Assembly (NCBI GenBank): GCA_964016885.1
Contig: OZ024743.1
Coordinates: 94,302,001 to 94,366,000 of the forward strand
Direction of reading: 5' to 3'
DNA from: Eledone cirrhosa
Taxonomy: Eukaryota
Length of the DNA: 64,000 nucleotides
Shown here in pieces: positions 51,201 to 64,000 of this stretch. A program made the position numbers and the translations under genes. Under the pieces are notes generated by a model that saw only the letters and a program-made list of their open reading frames with translations, was not told the DNA's origin and searched no databases. Numbering within the stretch: the stretch's first letter is position 1; each line of letters begins with the position of its first letter.

Positions 51201-53780
51201 ACATCTACACTGTATCTATCTATACAGTCAACATCTACACTTTATCTGTCTATACAGTCAACATCTACAATGTATCTGTCTATACAGTCAACATCTACAC
51301 TGTATCTGTCTATCCTGTCAACATCTACACTGTATCTATCTATACAGTTAACATCTACACTGTATCTGACTATACAGTCAACATCTACACTGTATCTGAC
51401 TATACAGTCAACATCTACACTGTATCTGTCTATCCTGTCAACATCTACACTCTATCTATACAGTCAAGATCTACACTGTATCTATCTATACAGTCAACAT
51501 CTACACTGTATCTATCTATACAGTCAACATCTACACTGTATCTGACTATACTGTCTACATCTACACTGTATCTGACTATACAGTCAACATCTACACTGTA
51601 TCTATCTATACTGTCAACATCTACACTGTATCTGTGTATACAGTCAACATCTACACTGTATCTGTCTATGCAGTCAACATCTACACTGTACCTGACTATA
51701 CAGTCAACATCTACACTGTATATGACTCTACAGTCAACATCTACACTGTATATGACTATACAGTCAACATTTACACTGTATCTATCTATACAGTCAACAT
51801 CTACACTGTATCTGTCTATACAGTCAACATCTACACTGTATCTATCTATACTGTCAACATCTACACTGTATATGACTATACAGTCAACATCTACACTGTA
51901 TCTGACTATACAGTCAACATCTACACTGTATCTGACTATACAGTCAACATCTACACTGTATCTGACTATACAGTCAACATCTACACTGTATATGACTATA
52001 CAGTCAACATCTACACTGTATCTATCTATACATTCAACATCTACACTCTATCTGTCTATACAGTCAACATCTACACTGTATCTATCTATACTCTCAACAT
52101 CTACACTGTATATGACTATACAGTCAACATCTACACTGTATCTGACTATACAGTCAACATCTACACTGTATCTATCTATACAGTCAACATCTACACTGTA
52201 TCTGACTATACAGTCAACATCTACACTGTATCTATCTATACAGTCAACATCTACACTGTATATGACTATACAGTCAACATCTACACTGTATCTGACTATA
52301 CAGTCAACATCTACACTGTATCTGACTATACAGTCAACATCTACACTGTATCTGTCTATACAGTCAACATCTACACTGTATCTATCTATCCTGTCAACAT
52401 CTACACTGTATCTATCTATACAGTTAACATCTACACTGTATCTGACTATACAGTCAACATCTACACTGTATCTATCTATACAGTCAACATCTACACTGTA
52501 TCTGACTATACAGTCAACATCTACACTGTATCTGACTATACAGTCAACATCTACACTGTATCTATCTATACAGTCAACATCTACACTGTATCTGTCTATA
52601 CAGTCAACATCTACACTGTATCTGTCTATACAGTCAACATCTACACTGTATCTGTCTATCCTGTCAACATCTACACTGTATCTATCTATACAGTTAACAT
52701 CTACACTGTATCTGACTATACAGTCAACATCTACACTGTATCTGACTATACAGTCAACATCTACACTGTATCTGTCTATCCTGTCAACATCTACACTCTA
52801 TCTATACAGTCAAGATCTACACTGTATCTATCTATCCTGTCAACATCTACACTGTATCTATCTATACAGTCAACATCTACACTGTATCTGGCTATACAGT
52901 CAACATCTACACTGTATCTGTCTATCCTGTCAACATCTACACTGTATCTATCTATACAGTCAACGTCTACACTGTATATGACTATACAGTCAACATCTAC
53001 ACTGTATCTATCTATACAGTCAACATCTACACTGTATCTGACTATACAGTCAACATCTACACTGTATCTGACTATACAGTCAACATCTACACTGTATCTG
53101 TCTATCCTGTCAACATCTACACTGTATCTATCTATACAGTCAACATCTACACTGTATCTATCTATACAGTCAACATCTATACTGTATCTGACTATACAGT
53201 CAACATCTACACTGTATCTATCTATACTGTCAACATCTACACTGTATCTGTGTATACAGTTAACATCTACACTGTATCTGACTATACAGTCAACATCTAC
53301 ACTGTATCTATCTATACTGTCAACATCTACACTGTATCTGTGTATACAGTCAACATCTACACTGTATCTGTCTATACAGTCAACATCTAAACTGTATCTG
53401 ACTATACTGTCTACATCTACACTGTATCTGACTATACAGTCAACATCTACACTGTATCTATCTATACAGTCAACATCTACACTGTATCTATCTATACAGT
53501 CAACATCTACACTGTATCTGTCTATCCTGTCAAAGTCTACACTGTATCTATCTATCCTGTCAACGTCTACACTGTATCTATCTATACAGTCAACATCTAC
53601 ACTGTATCTGTCTATCCTGTCAACATCTACACTGTATCTATCTATACAGTTAACATCTACACTGTATCTATCTATATAGTCAATATCTACACTGTATCTA
53701 TCTATATAGTCAACATCTACACTGTATCTGTCTATACAGTCAACATCTACACTGTATCTGACTATACTGTCAACATCTAC
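48287..53780. repeat. 30-bp minisatellite, ~183 units, consensus CAGTCAACATCTACACTGTATCTGACTATA
   Basis: Directly visible, with a few recurring unit variants. Confidence 0.98.
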
Positions 53781-54344
53781 CCCCCGCTTACACACACATA
53801 TATCTAATATATGTTTGTGAAATGGGCGGTGGTTTAAATTCAAATGTGCACGGTTAAATGGTAGTAGACCTGGTCGGACTGACATGAAAATTTACACACC
53901 AATGCAAAAAGTGTCAAGGAAGCAAATAGACGAGGTTTCAAATCTCTAACTTGAAAAATGTGGTCCCTGGGGCCCCAAAACTATCGCGTTCGGTGAGTTA
54001 TTTCCTCCTGTTCTAATACTTTTGTTTTATTTACAATTTCATCATCCTTCTACATTTAACGATCATACAGTACCGTTTTATGAAATCGATTCTGCAGTAC
54101 GGTCACTGTTTTCCATCAAAATAAATAAAACCCTCGGCGATACTTGATTTTAGTGTCCTAAATTATCATCATCGACATTCAATTATTAGCTCCACCCACT
54201 GCACGATACGCCACGAAGATAAATGTTTCGAAAAAATTTTAAACTGGATATCGAAACAATATTTTGTTTCAATAAATTTTTTTTCTGTTGTTAAAAACTG
54301 TAAACCTGTTAAAAAAAATGTATTTCGCAGCAATTTTTTTCTGT

Positions 54345-54530
54345 TAAAAACTGTAAATAAATATTCATGTAAAAATGAAGCATAGTGTTTCGGTTAAAAA
54401 CTTAAAAACTGTAAATAAATATTCATGTAAAAATGAAGTATAGTGTTTCGGTTAAAAACTTAAAAACTGTAAATAAATATTCATGTAAAAATGAAGCATA
54501 GTTTTTCTGTGAAAAACTGTAAAGAAATAT
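54345..54530. repeat. ~59-bp AT-rich tandem repeat (~3 copies)
   Basis: AAAAACTGTAAATAAATATTCATGTAAAAATGAAG.ATAGTGTTTCGGTT repeated. Confidence 0.85.
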
Positions 54531-54748
54531 TTATTTTGTTAAAAAAATAAATCAAAAATCTAATTTTCTCTGTTAATATTTAAAAATATTTATTCTAAAA
54601 ATTCAATGTTTTTTCGTGTAAAATTGAAGCATGTAAGAAAATGAACATGTAAAAATCTCGCACGCAGTCTAGTATTGCCTGTGTGAAGTGACCGGGTTTC
54701 TGCGCATGCGCGTTCGTACGGTTGTCCTTCCTGTTCCTATAACCATGC

Positions 54749-54798
54749 CCATTCCGAGCTGAAGATCCGCTAAGGTGAAACAATTGTTCTCGGTATGG
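54749..54798 (+). ncRNA. Minimal type I hammerhead ribozyme (50 nt)
   Basis: CCAUUCCGAG-CUGAAGA-uCC(GCUAA)GGu-GAAA-CAAUUG-UU-CUCGGUAUGG; stem I pairs at 9 of 10 positions; palindromic stem III. Confidence 0.75.
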
Positions 54799-54843
54799 TG
54801 AACTAACTGTTGTGTAACCACTTCTATATATATATGTCACGGG

Positions 54844-54885
<42 letters not shown>

Positions 54886-55726
54886 TGGCTGCCAACTCAT
54901 TTTCGAGTACGGCCACTACTTTATATCCATGGAGGAGAACCCCTACTGATGCGCTGAACGAGTGTGACTTTTTAGTCCAGCCAGCGACTTGAAAACTCTG
55001 GTACAAACACTACACTTGTGACAATTACTGACACATAGTGCTGGGCCCATGGAACCATGTGATGACAAGTGCAGAGAGATCTCCAGATACAAAGCAATGC
55101 CTGTGCCGTGAAGCTTTTATAGTGAGCAAAGGCACTGCACAAAGCCAGTCCCACTCTCTTAACCAAGACGATATTTACCAAGAAGAAGAACAAGTCAACA
55201 TCATTGGATACCATCAGGGTTGCAGGTGTTATATCAGAGTTTTCCTTCTCCTAGAATTCTGCCTTGACAAAGGCTAAGGGGTCATCTCTCCCGGTGATTT
55301 TGGATGGCCATTGACTCTTAAGAGCTCCTTTGTCTTTGACAGGTTTTGTTTTTAGTCCTGCAGGATGTCCAAAGTCACCCTCCTCATCAAGAAACCTTGG
55401 TGGGGTTGCCAGTTTAGTCGCCAACGACCCGACCATGAGACATATGTATATATATGATGGCTGCCTCCTCGTCATCGAGTATGGCCATTGCACGATATAA
55501 CATTATTAATAATTATTAATTCTATCGTGCAATACCTGTGCATGAAGATATTTTTTAAAGTGAGGAAAGACTATGCACTGAGCCAATCCCACTCTCTGAG
55601 CAACAATAGCTATAACCCGAAAAGAAGAAAAGATCAACATCATCGGTAACTACTGAGCCGCAGGTTTTATATCGGAGTTATCCCAGTTTCTTGAGTTGCC
55701 TTCTCCTAGAAGAATGCCCTGACAAA

Positions 55727-57200
<1,474 letters not shown>

Positions 57201-57233
57201 TGTTTGAGGAATCTTCCCGTACGGCTATCTCAA

Positions 57234-57271
<38 letters not shown>

Positions 57272-57524
57272 TTAATAATAATGTTTTCTTTATTAACCAG
57301 AAGGGTTTACATAAAGTAGACATTAAGGACAGTACAGGACAATACAGGACGGTACAAATGGGCATTTCTGCGTGTAAAAAACAGAGGATGAAATAAAATA
57401 ACAAAGAAAAATTCCCCAATAGGGGGGAGACTTCCGAGGGAAATTTGTGGAGAAAGCCCATTAAATGACCACAGTAACCCTGACCACCAGGGCAAGTGCC
57501 CTCTCCCAGTTTTCCACCCTTAAT

Positions 57525-60500
57525 TTACAGACACATACTCAGAGAAGGCCCATTCATTCGGGCCATACTTGCTTCTCTCACCCATCTTTCAACAAAATGC
57601 TGGGAAGAGAGCACTTCCCTCTCTACCCTGATTTTCCTTTTCAAATGAAATTTGAAAAAGTTAATCAGGGCATCATCGAAGAGGTAAGTGCTCGTCTTCA
57701 GCCCTTTCAAACGTGTCCACCATACTATCTCTTTCGCCATGGCCACCAGACAGATAAAAACTGCCTGCCCTTCCCGGCTAAAGGAAGAGGGCGGGGCAAT
57801 CCTCACGATGGACTCAGCTGATAGCTGGATCCGTCCTACACGTGACAGCAGGTGTTCGACATAAACCCACAAGTCAGCAATGCTCGGACACTGGACGAGT
57901 GCGTGCAGGACGGTTTCGTCGCCCTGCGCGCATCTCGGACATGCCCGGCTGACGGCACCTCCATGCCTGTAGAGTTTATCCCGAACTGGCAAAGCTCCCC
58001 GGTAGCACTGCCAGGCCAGGGATTTCTGAAAGTTGTCCATAGGCCCCGGCCCGAAAGTCCTTCCGAAGAGATTGGCTAGTTGATTTTCGTCGACGCCTAG
58101 AGTTTCTCCAAGTACGTCGTCGCTCTTCCCCTCCACTAATCCCCTATAGAACGCCAAGGTGGAGTTTCCACCGATCACATTGCCCGATTGGTCGAGGGCT
58201 GTGAGCGCCTGAAGACATTCCAGTCTCCAAGCGCTCCCTCTCGGTCTTCGTTTGACCCAGGACTGCAGCTCCGTCAAGGAGACGAGCTGGGGAAAAACCT
58301 GTCTAGCAAACGGCGACCACACCTGATCACCGTCGAGGAAGAGGTGGAGATGTCGTAGCCTGAGCGCGTGTCTGCGCATCATCAGCCACGGCATGCCCAG
58401 CCCTCCACGTAGCGGGTGTTGACAGCAGATGGACCGCCTGACCATCGGAGCGCGTCCCTTCCACAAGAAGCGAAAGAGCAAACGCTCCAGCGCAGTCAGG
58501 CGGGGCTTAGGACAAGGTACGACGGTCAGGCGGTAGTAGATGACGGACGCGATGTACGCATTCGCCACCTCCGCTCGACCTTTCAGGGATAGCTTCCTCT
58601 CAGCCCATTTCTGGGTGAGAGAAGCCACCCTGCTCTTCACGTCGTCCCAGTTTTTGTCCGTCTGGAGGTCTGGACCGAACCAGACCCCTAGCAATTTAAC
58701 CGGTCCGTCCAGCGCCCGACGACGCTGTTGAACGGCATGGACCTGCCTCTCCAGGTGCCGAGCTGCAGGCCCACTGACTTTTCCTGGTTGATCATTGCTC
58801 CTGTCACCGCTTCGTATTCTCTTAGTGTAGTGCCGATCGCCTCGATGTGTTTGGCGTTCGACACCACTACGGTGACATCGTCGGCATATGCTGACACGGA
58901 TCTTCCGCATCCTAGTTCGCGCGGGACCCCCCTCAACGTCTCCAGTTTGTGCAGTAATGGCTCGAGAGTCAATACGTACAATAGGGACGAGAGGGGACAT
59001 CCTTGGCGGACCGAGCGCATGATGTTGAACGGTTCCGAAAGGTGACCGTTCACTCTCACTACAGAGCAGATGTCGCTGTGCATGGCAGCGATCCAGCCTC
59101 TGAAGACGGGCCCAAAGCCAGCCGCCCTCAGGACTGCCGCTAGGTAACGATGGTCGACCCTATCGAAAGCTTTCGACTGATCTGAATTGATCAAAGACCC
59201 ACCCGTGCCAGGTTCCCTAGCTACCCTCTCTACGATGTATCGCATGAGGTGGAGGTTGTCGTGGATGGATCTGTCGGGAATGGCGCATGTCTGTGCCTCT
59301 CCCACCAGACCACCAACGACAAGCGCCAACCTCTTTGCTAGCACCTTGGCCAAAATGTTGAACTCTGTGTTTAGCAGAGTTATGGGCCTAAAATTATCTA
59401 TGTTATCCCCCTTGTTCGGATCCTTTCTCAGCAGCGCCACTGCTTCTCGGCTTACAGAGCTGGGAATTCTCCCGTTCTGTTGCCAGTTGCAGTAGACGTC
59501 CGCCAAGAGGCCTCCAAACAAGTCTGGCATTTGTACGTAAAGTTCATAGGGCAGACCATTCAAACCAGGCGATTTACCCCTTGTGCAGCCAGTCATTGCC
59601 TCCCGTACTTCAGCGGTTGTTATCGGCTTTTCGCAACACTCCGCCTCAGTGGCCGAAAGCCGCGGCAGTCCGTCGAGGTAGACACTAAAGTCCATCCCTC
59701 GATCCGGCCCGCCACTGCCCCCGAACAGTTGAGCGAAGTGTCGCTGAAAAGCTTCACACATTTGCCCGGGATCGAGTAGCATGCGCCCGTCGTGGTCCAC
59801 CAAAGACCGGATCGTGGCTTTATTGCCCCGACGCGCCTCCGCCACTCGGGCCCATTGAACGGCTTTCGCCCCCTCGTGTCTGAGAGCACGCACCCTAGCT
59901 CTGACAACGCAGCCTTCGTGCTTTGCATTGAAGAATTGGTCAAGGGCCAATTTCGCCGCAAGTACGTCGGTCGCGATGCCTTTGCTAAGCGCCTCGTCTA
60001 ATTTTCTAACTAATTCTCCCTCTGCTCTATTTTTCTCTATTGCTAAAGTCTTACTAAACCTAATGGACTCTATTCTAATTGCTCTTTTCAGAGCAAACCA
60101 CCACTTGTTGACGATGGCCCCCGTCAACGCCCGCCTAACTAGTTCGCTAATCCGGTCTCTGTAGGCCTTTCGCGCTGGTAAGGACGCGTTTAGCTTCCAG
60201 TAGCCGGGTCCTCGTCTATGAAGCCTATCTAAGTCAAGCACACAGATCACGAATTTGTGGTCCGTGTAGCTGACTATCTTGAATTGTGGACAGCCTATGC
60301 TAGACCTATCTATTTCCCTACAAAATACTCTATCTAGATATGATCTGGATGACCCTATGCGATTTGTCCAAGTCCACATTGGTACATTCGGGAAATCCAT
60401 TCGGTACCTGTCAGACAGTTCGAAACACCTGAGCAGGTTGGTGAGACTCTTGCACCCTCCTTCCCTATCCACTAATCGCACACAATCCCAGCGTGCATCT

Positions 60501-60937
60501 AAGATCCCGTTCCAGTCGCCCACTAACACTAAAGAGCGGGACATTCCAAGAAAGGTCTCCAGACGCCGGAAGAAATCAGGTCGCCCTGCTCCTGTCGGGG
60601 CATAGACGGCCATTAACCTGAAAGCTTGCCCGTCTCCGCTGGTCAAGTCCAGCACCACCAACTTACCCTCTGGGTCCAGGAAGATGGCCCGTATGGCAAG
60701 ATCCAAACCTCTCCGAAAAAGCACAGCAACTCCTCCCCCCGATCCCGGACGGCTGGGAGATGCGTACACATCGTAGCCGCCGAATATCGGTGCGAAGGCC
60801 CGTGCTTCAGAGATTCTGGTCTCGCTGATGGCCACTACATCTATGTTTAGTGACCTGAGGTCGTTGAGCAGGTGGTCCTGCTTCCATGACGACCCCAAGC
60901 CACGCGCATTTATGCTGCCTATTCTGAGTGAGGTCAT
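57525..60937 (-). pseudogene. LINE B ORF2 (APE-RT-zf) broken by one frameshift near 58708
   Basis: GSINARGL, SETR, GDWN, SYLDR, TDH, QGCPLS, YADD, CPRC..ETVLHALVQC. TGGACGGACCG here versus TGGACAGACGGACCG in element A is a 4-nt deletion. Confidence 0.9.
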
Positions 60938-60971
60938 GTTGAAAAGGAGTGGAAAAGATGGGAAAGACCAT

Positions 60972-62464
60972 TTACCTTACTTCTCGTAGGGAAAGGACGG
61001 TTTTTCCATCCTTTTCACTGCTTGTGGCCTCCTCAGGAAGGATGTCCTTATAAATCCTCCTGGAGAGTGCTTGTCGGAAGTCTCCGATGTCTTTGGGGAA
61101 TTTTTGTTTTAGTGTCATGTACGTTTTCTGTGTGATGCGAGTGATTTGTATGTGTGGAGGTGGTGTGAATTTTTGGGTTGTTGTGTAGTCTTTTTCTGTG
61201 ATGCTGGTGTTGTGTTGGATGTAGTGTAATAATTGCTTGTTGTTCAAATTTAATGCTGTGTAGTGTGTATCGTTCTGGTTGTTTTGTTATGTTTGCGTTT
61301 GTTGTGGGTTTGTTTCTGTTTCGCATTTTGGTGACTTTTGTGGTGTAGGTGATGGTGGTGTTAGGGTTAATGATGGTGATGGTGTTGGTGTTTGGGTTGA
61401 TGGGGTTGGTGATGCTGGTGTGGATGGTGGCATATCTGTCCTAACTTTTTTGTTTGTTAATTTATTTGTTTCCCTCTGTATTTTGTTTTTGGAGGGGGAA
61501 GGAAGAGAATTTTTTCTTTTTTGGTTTCTTTTTTTTTTCCTGATAGCGTTTCCCACTCCTCGTCGTCACAATCTGTCTCCAGTTGTGATAGGCCGGGGAG
61601 TGGAAAATCCTCCACAGGCGTTAGTTTTGGTTGTGGCGTGGTGGATGGTGTAGGGGCTGGTGCTAGTTCTGAAGCGTTGGGTGGTGGTGGTGTTGGTTTT
61701 GCTGGTGGTGGTGGTGTTGGTTTTGCTACTGTTGCTGGGGTTGTTGCTGTTATAGTTGCTTCTGTTGTTGCTGCTACAGTTGTTGCTGCCATCTCTGCTA
61801 CTGGTGGTGTTGATAGTTCTGTTACTGGGGTGGGTAGGAGAGGTGGCCTCAACCTTTTAGCCTGAGGGCAGAAAGCCCTTAGGTGGGTTCCTTCACCACA
61901 AACGACACACCTATGCCTTCTGCCCTCGACAATTAGGGGTGAGGCTGACCCTGTACCCATCTTTCTTTACCATTTGTTTGGCATTTTCTAAATCCTCCTG
62001 AGTTACCGTAAATGCTTCGAACTGTTTTGCTACTCTGGCAAAACTCAGGGTGGTTTTTTAATGTCATTGTTGTTGTTGTTGCTATCGTTATTTTTGTTAT
62101 TATTAATTTTAGTTTCAGTTGTGGTGATGGTGACGTCAGTGAAATTCGGTTTGGGGGAGTCCATTTTGGTTGAAAATATTTCGACATCACGAGTTGATTT
62201 ATTTTTTCCTTTTGTTTCTGTTGTCGCGGTGGTGGTGGGGGTGGTGGTTGTCGCGGTGGTGGTGGTGGTGGTGGCGGCTTTAACACCTGCAGTCATTGGT
62301 AATGGCGGGAAATGAATGTCTGCCTGAGACAAATTAAAAATATTGCTATTGCTTAAATTGTGTGTGTTGGCAGACGTAGTATCATTTACAATGGTGGTGT
62401 CGGTGTGAGGTGTTAATTTGTGAGAAAGGCTTTCAGCTGCTTGGTGCAGTGGTGAATTAGCCAT
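60972..62464 (-). pseudogene. LINE B ORF1 remnant (frameshifts; central part apparently deleted near 61950)
   Basis: Fragments in several frames; CVVCGEGTHLRAFC knuckle kept; the ~190-aa region preceding the knuckle in element A has no counterpart. Confidence 0.78.
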
Positions 62465-62674
62465 TTTCTTTTCAAAGAAATTTTTTGATAATCATAAAAG
62501 TTTAAATTTTGGGCACAAGGCCCCAATCTTTTTGGGTCTCCTTTTCGGAAAACATTGTATGTGCGCTTATATATAGTTAACAATAAAAATTTTCCATAAA
62601 TGGCAATTTTTAACAAACGGAAATAACAAACCTTTGCGAAGCTCACGATGATACGATTTACTACGTAGGTCGCC

Positions 62675-62755
<81 letters not shown>

Positions 62756-63544
62756 TTACTTATAATTACTGGACAGTAATTATAAGTAAATTAAAGATCA
62801 GTCGAAACCGAAATAATTCCGTTAACAATTTTGAAAATATGGTTAAGAGGGCTCCATCTTTTATTTATTTAGGAAGTGAAAAAAACATGGAAATTCAAGT
62901 AATATACTGCAATTCTTCTTGACCAATACACCGCTGTGTTAGAACAGATATTAGCATTATTCCGCACACAGAAAGACGAGATGTTTCCGAATAATGTGGT
63001 TATGTGAGGATGAAGTGAACTATGCATAAAGAAAGAAACTTTATTGGTGAAATATTTTTTTGAAATGTTTTTAAATTTTATTTTTTTTTTAATTTATGAA
63101 TTTATAAAAAGCTTCATTTGTCGACAAATGTAAACATTGGCTAAAGAACCACCTTATTTTACGTTTTATCAATGGAAATCTGTTTTGTTTCTTTTTTTTT
63201 ACTTTTCAGCAAAAACAAGGAAAAACTTAACATTTTTCAAATAGGTGTTGAAGTATATATTTTTTGAAAATTCTACACTCTATGTATTTCGTGAAAAGTT
63301 CACACTGCTATAATTAGGATAACTTCTTAGTTTTCAAAGTTTTGCAGTACTTTTACGAAAGGTGTTTTAGCTTAACTCTTAACATCTAAAAATGAGTTTC
63401 TTAATTCAAATGTTTAGACATGTTACTTCTGGACAGATCATTGTAAAATATTACAGAAAAACTAAAATAAAAACTTGAATTTACAATGTGATGGAATCGA
63501 GTGCTGTGTTCTACTTTTCAACAATTCAGCTTCATGTGGTACAG

Positions 63545-63935
63545 GAAAGATCTGTTGATGAACTTTTGTTTGTTGAAAAATCTTTTGGTGAGCTTTACTT
63601 TGCTGAAAGATCTGTTGATGAACTTTTGTTTGTTGAAAAATCTTTTGGTGAGCTTTACTTTGCTGAAAGATCTGTTGATGAGCTTTTGTTTGTTGAAGGT
63701 CTGTTGGTGAGGTTTAGTTTGTTGAAAGATCTGTTAGTAAGCTTTTGTTTGTTGAAATATCTGTTGGTGAGCTTTAGTTTGTTGAAAGATTTGTTGGTGA
63801 GCTTTACTTTGCTGAAAGATCTGTTGATGAACTTTTGTTTTTTGAATGATCTGTTGGTGATCTTTAGTTTGTAAAATATATTTTGGTGAGATTTATTTTG
63901 TTGAAAGATATATGGGTGAGATTTAGTTTGCCAAA
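63545..63935. repeat. 30-bp minisatellite with 60-bp dimeric structure (~13 units)
   Basis: GAAAGATCTGTTGATGAACTTTTGTTTGTT / GAAAAATCTTTTGGTGAGCTTTACTTTGCT; 1-nt indels present. Confidence 0.9.
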
Positions 63936-64000
63936 ATATTTCTCAGTAGACGCTGCCATTTCAGGTAAGATATAGAATATTCGCTGTACAATAGATGCAT

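Larger units (their letters stand above)
57283..62674 (-). mobile_element. L1/Tx1-clade LINE with both ends present, defective (element B), flanked on both sides by (AAT)n
   Basis: 5' end abuts (AAT)n at 62675-62755; AATAAA (57294-57289) just before (ATT)n; ORF2 is colinear with element A. Confidence 0.93.

Noticed and set aside
48287-53780. CRISPR-like reading (palindromic repeat plus variable part)
   Set aside because: Linkers are only 6 nt and recur, there are no unique spacers or cas genes, and the context is eukaryotic.
48263-53885. Long ORFs (up to 907 aa; YTVNIYTVSD, STSTLYLTIQ, RYSVDVDCID)
   Set aside because: By-product of a 30-bp unit that is stop-free in several frames on both strands. 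Frame-breaking 26- and 29-nt units occur and there is no gene context.
63488-63874. 128-aa repeat protein
   Set aside because: Minisatellite with 1-nt indels that shift the frame; no supporting exon structure visible.

Overview
AT-rich, microsatellite-dense animal DNA. The tRNA-SINE families look like those of octopods, so this is probably Octopus (inference). Main content: (1) A very young ~17-18 kb tandem array, with 3 copies visible, of a minus-strand, 5-exon, secreted tyrosinase-like gene. Splicing by hand gives ~743 aa: signal peptide, CuA/CuB type-3 copper centre, Cys-rich region, Thr-rich stalk and a C-terminal chitin-binding type-2-like domain. Exons 3 and 5 are missed by the ORF track. 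Two copies are complete; the third carries an apparently intact LINE in intron 2. (2) Two diverged, 5'-complete L1/Tx1-type LINEs (ORF1 with CCHC knuckle; ORF2 APE-RT-Zn finger). Both sit in (AAT)n tracts in the same orientation and with the same 5' junction, which suggests a microsatellite-targeting family. (3) At least six distinct type I hammerhead ribozyme motifs plus several half-motifs, in small non-coding elements beside (TA)n. These include a perfect one inside a 629-bp partial tandem repeat and an inverted pair (Penelope/retrozyme-like). (4) A non-autonomous Helitron, tRNA-SINEs, a hAT MITE, RTE fragments, an inverted segmental copy and a 5.5-kb 30-bp minisatellite with higher-order structure. 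The near-identical copies supply empty-site controls for several insertions.
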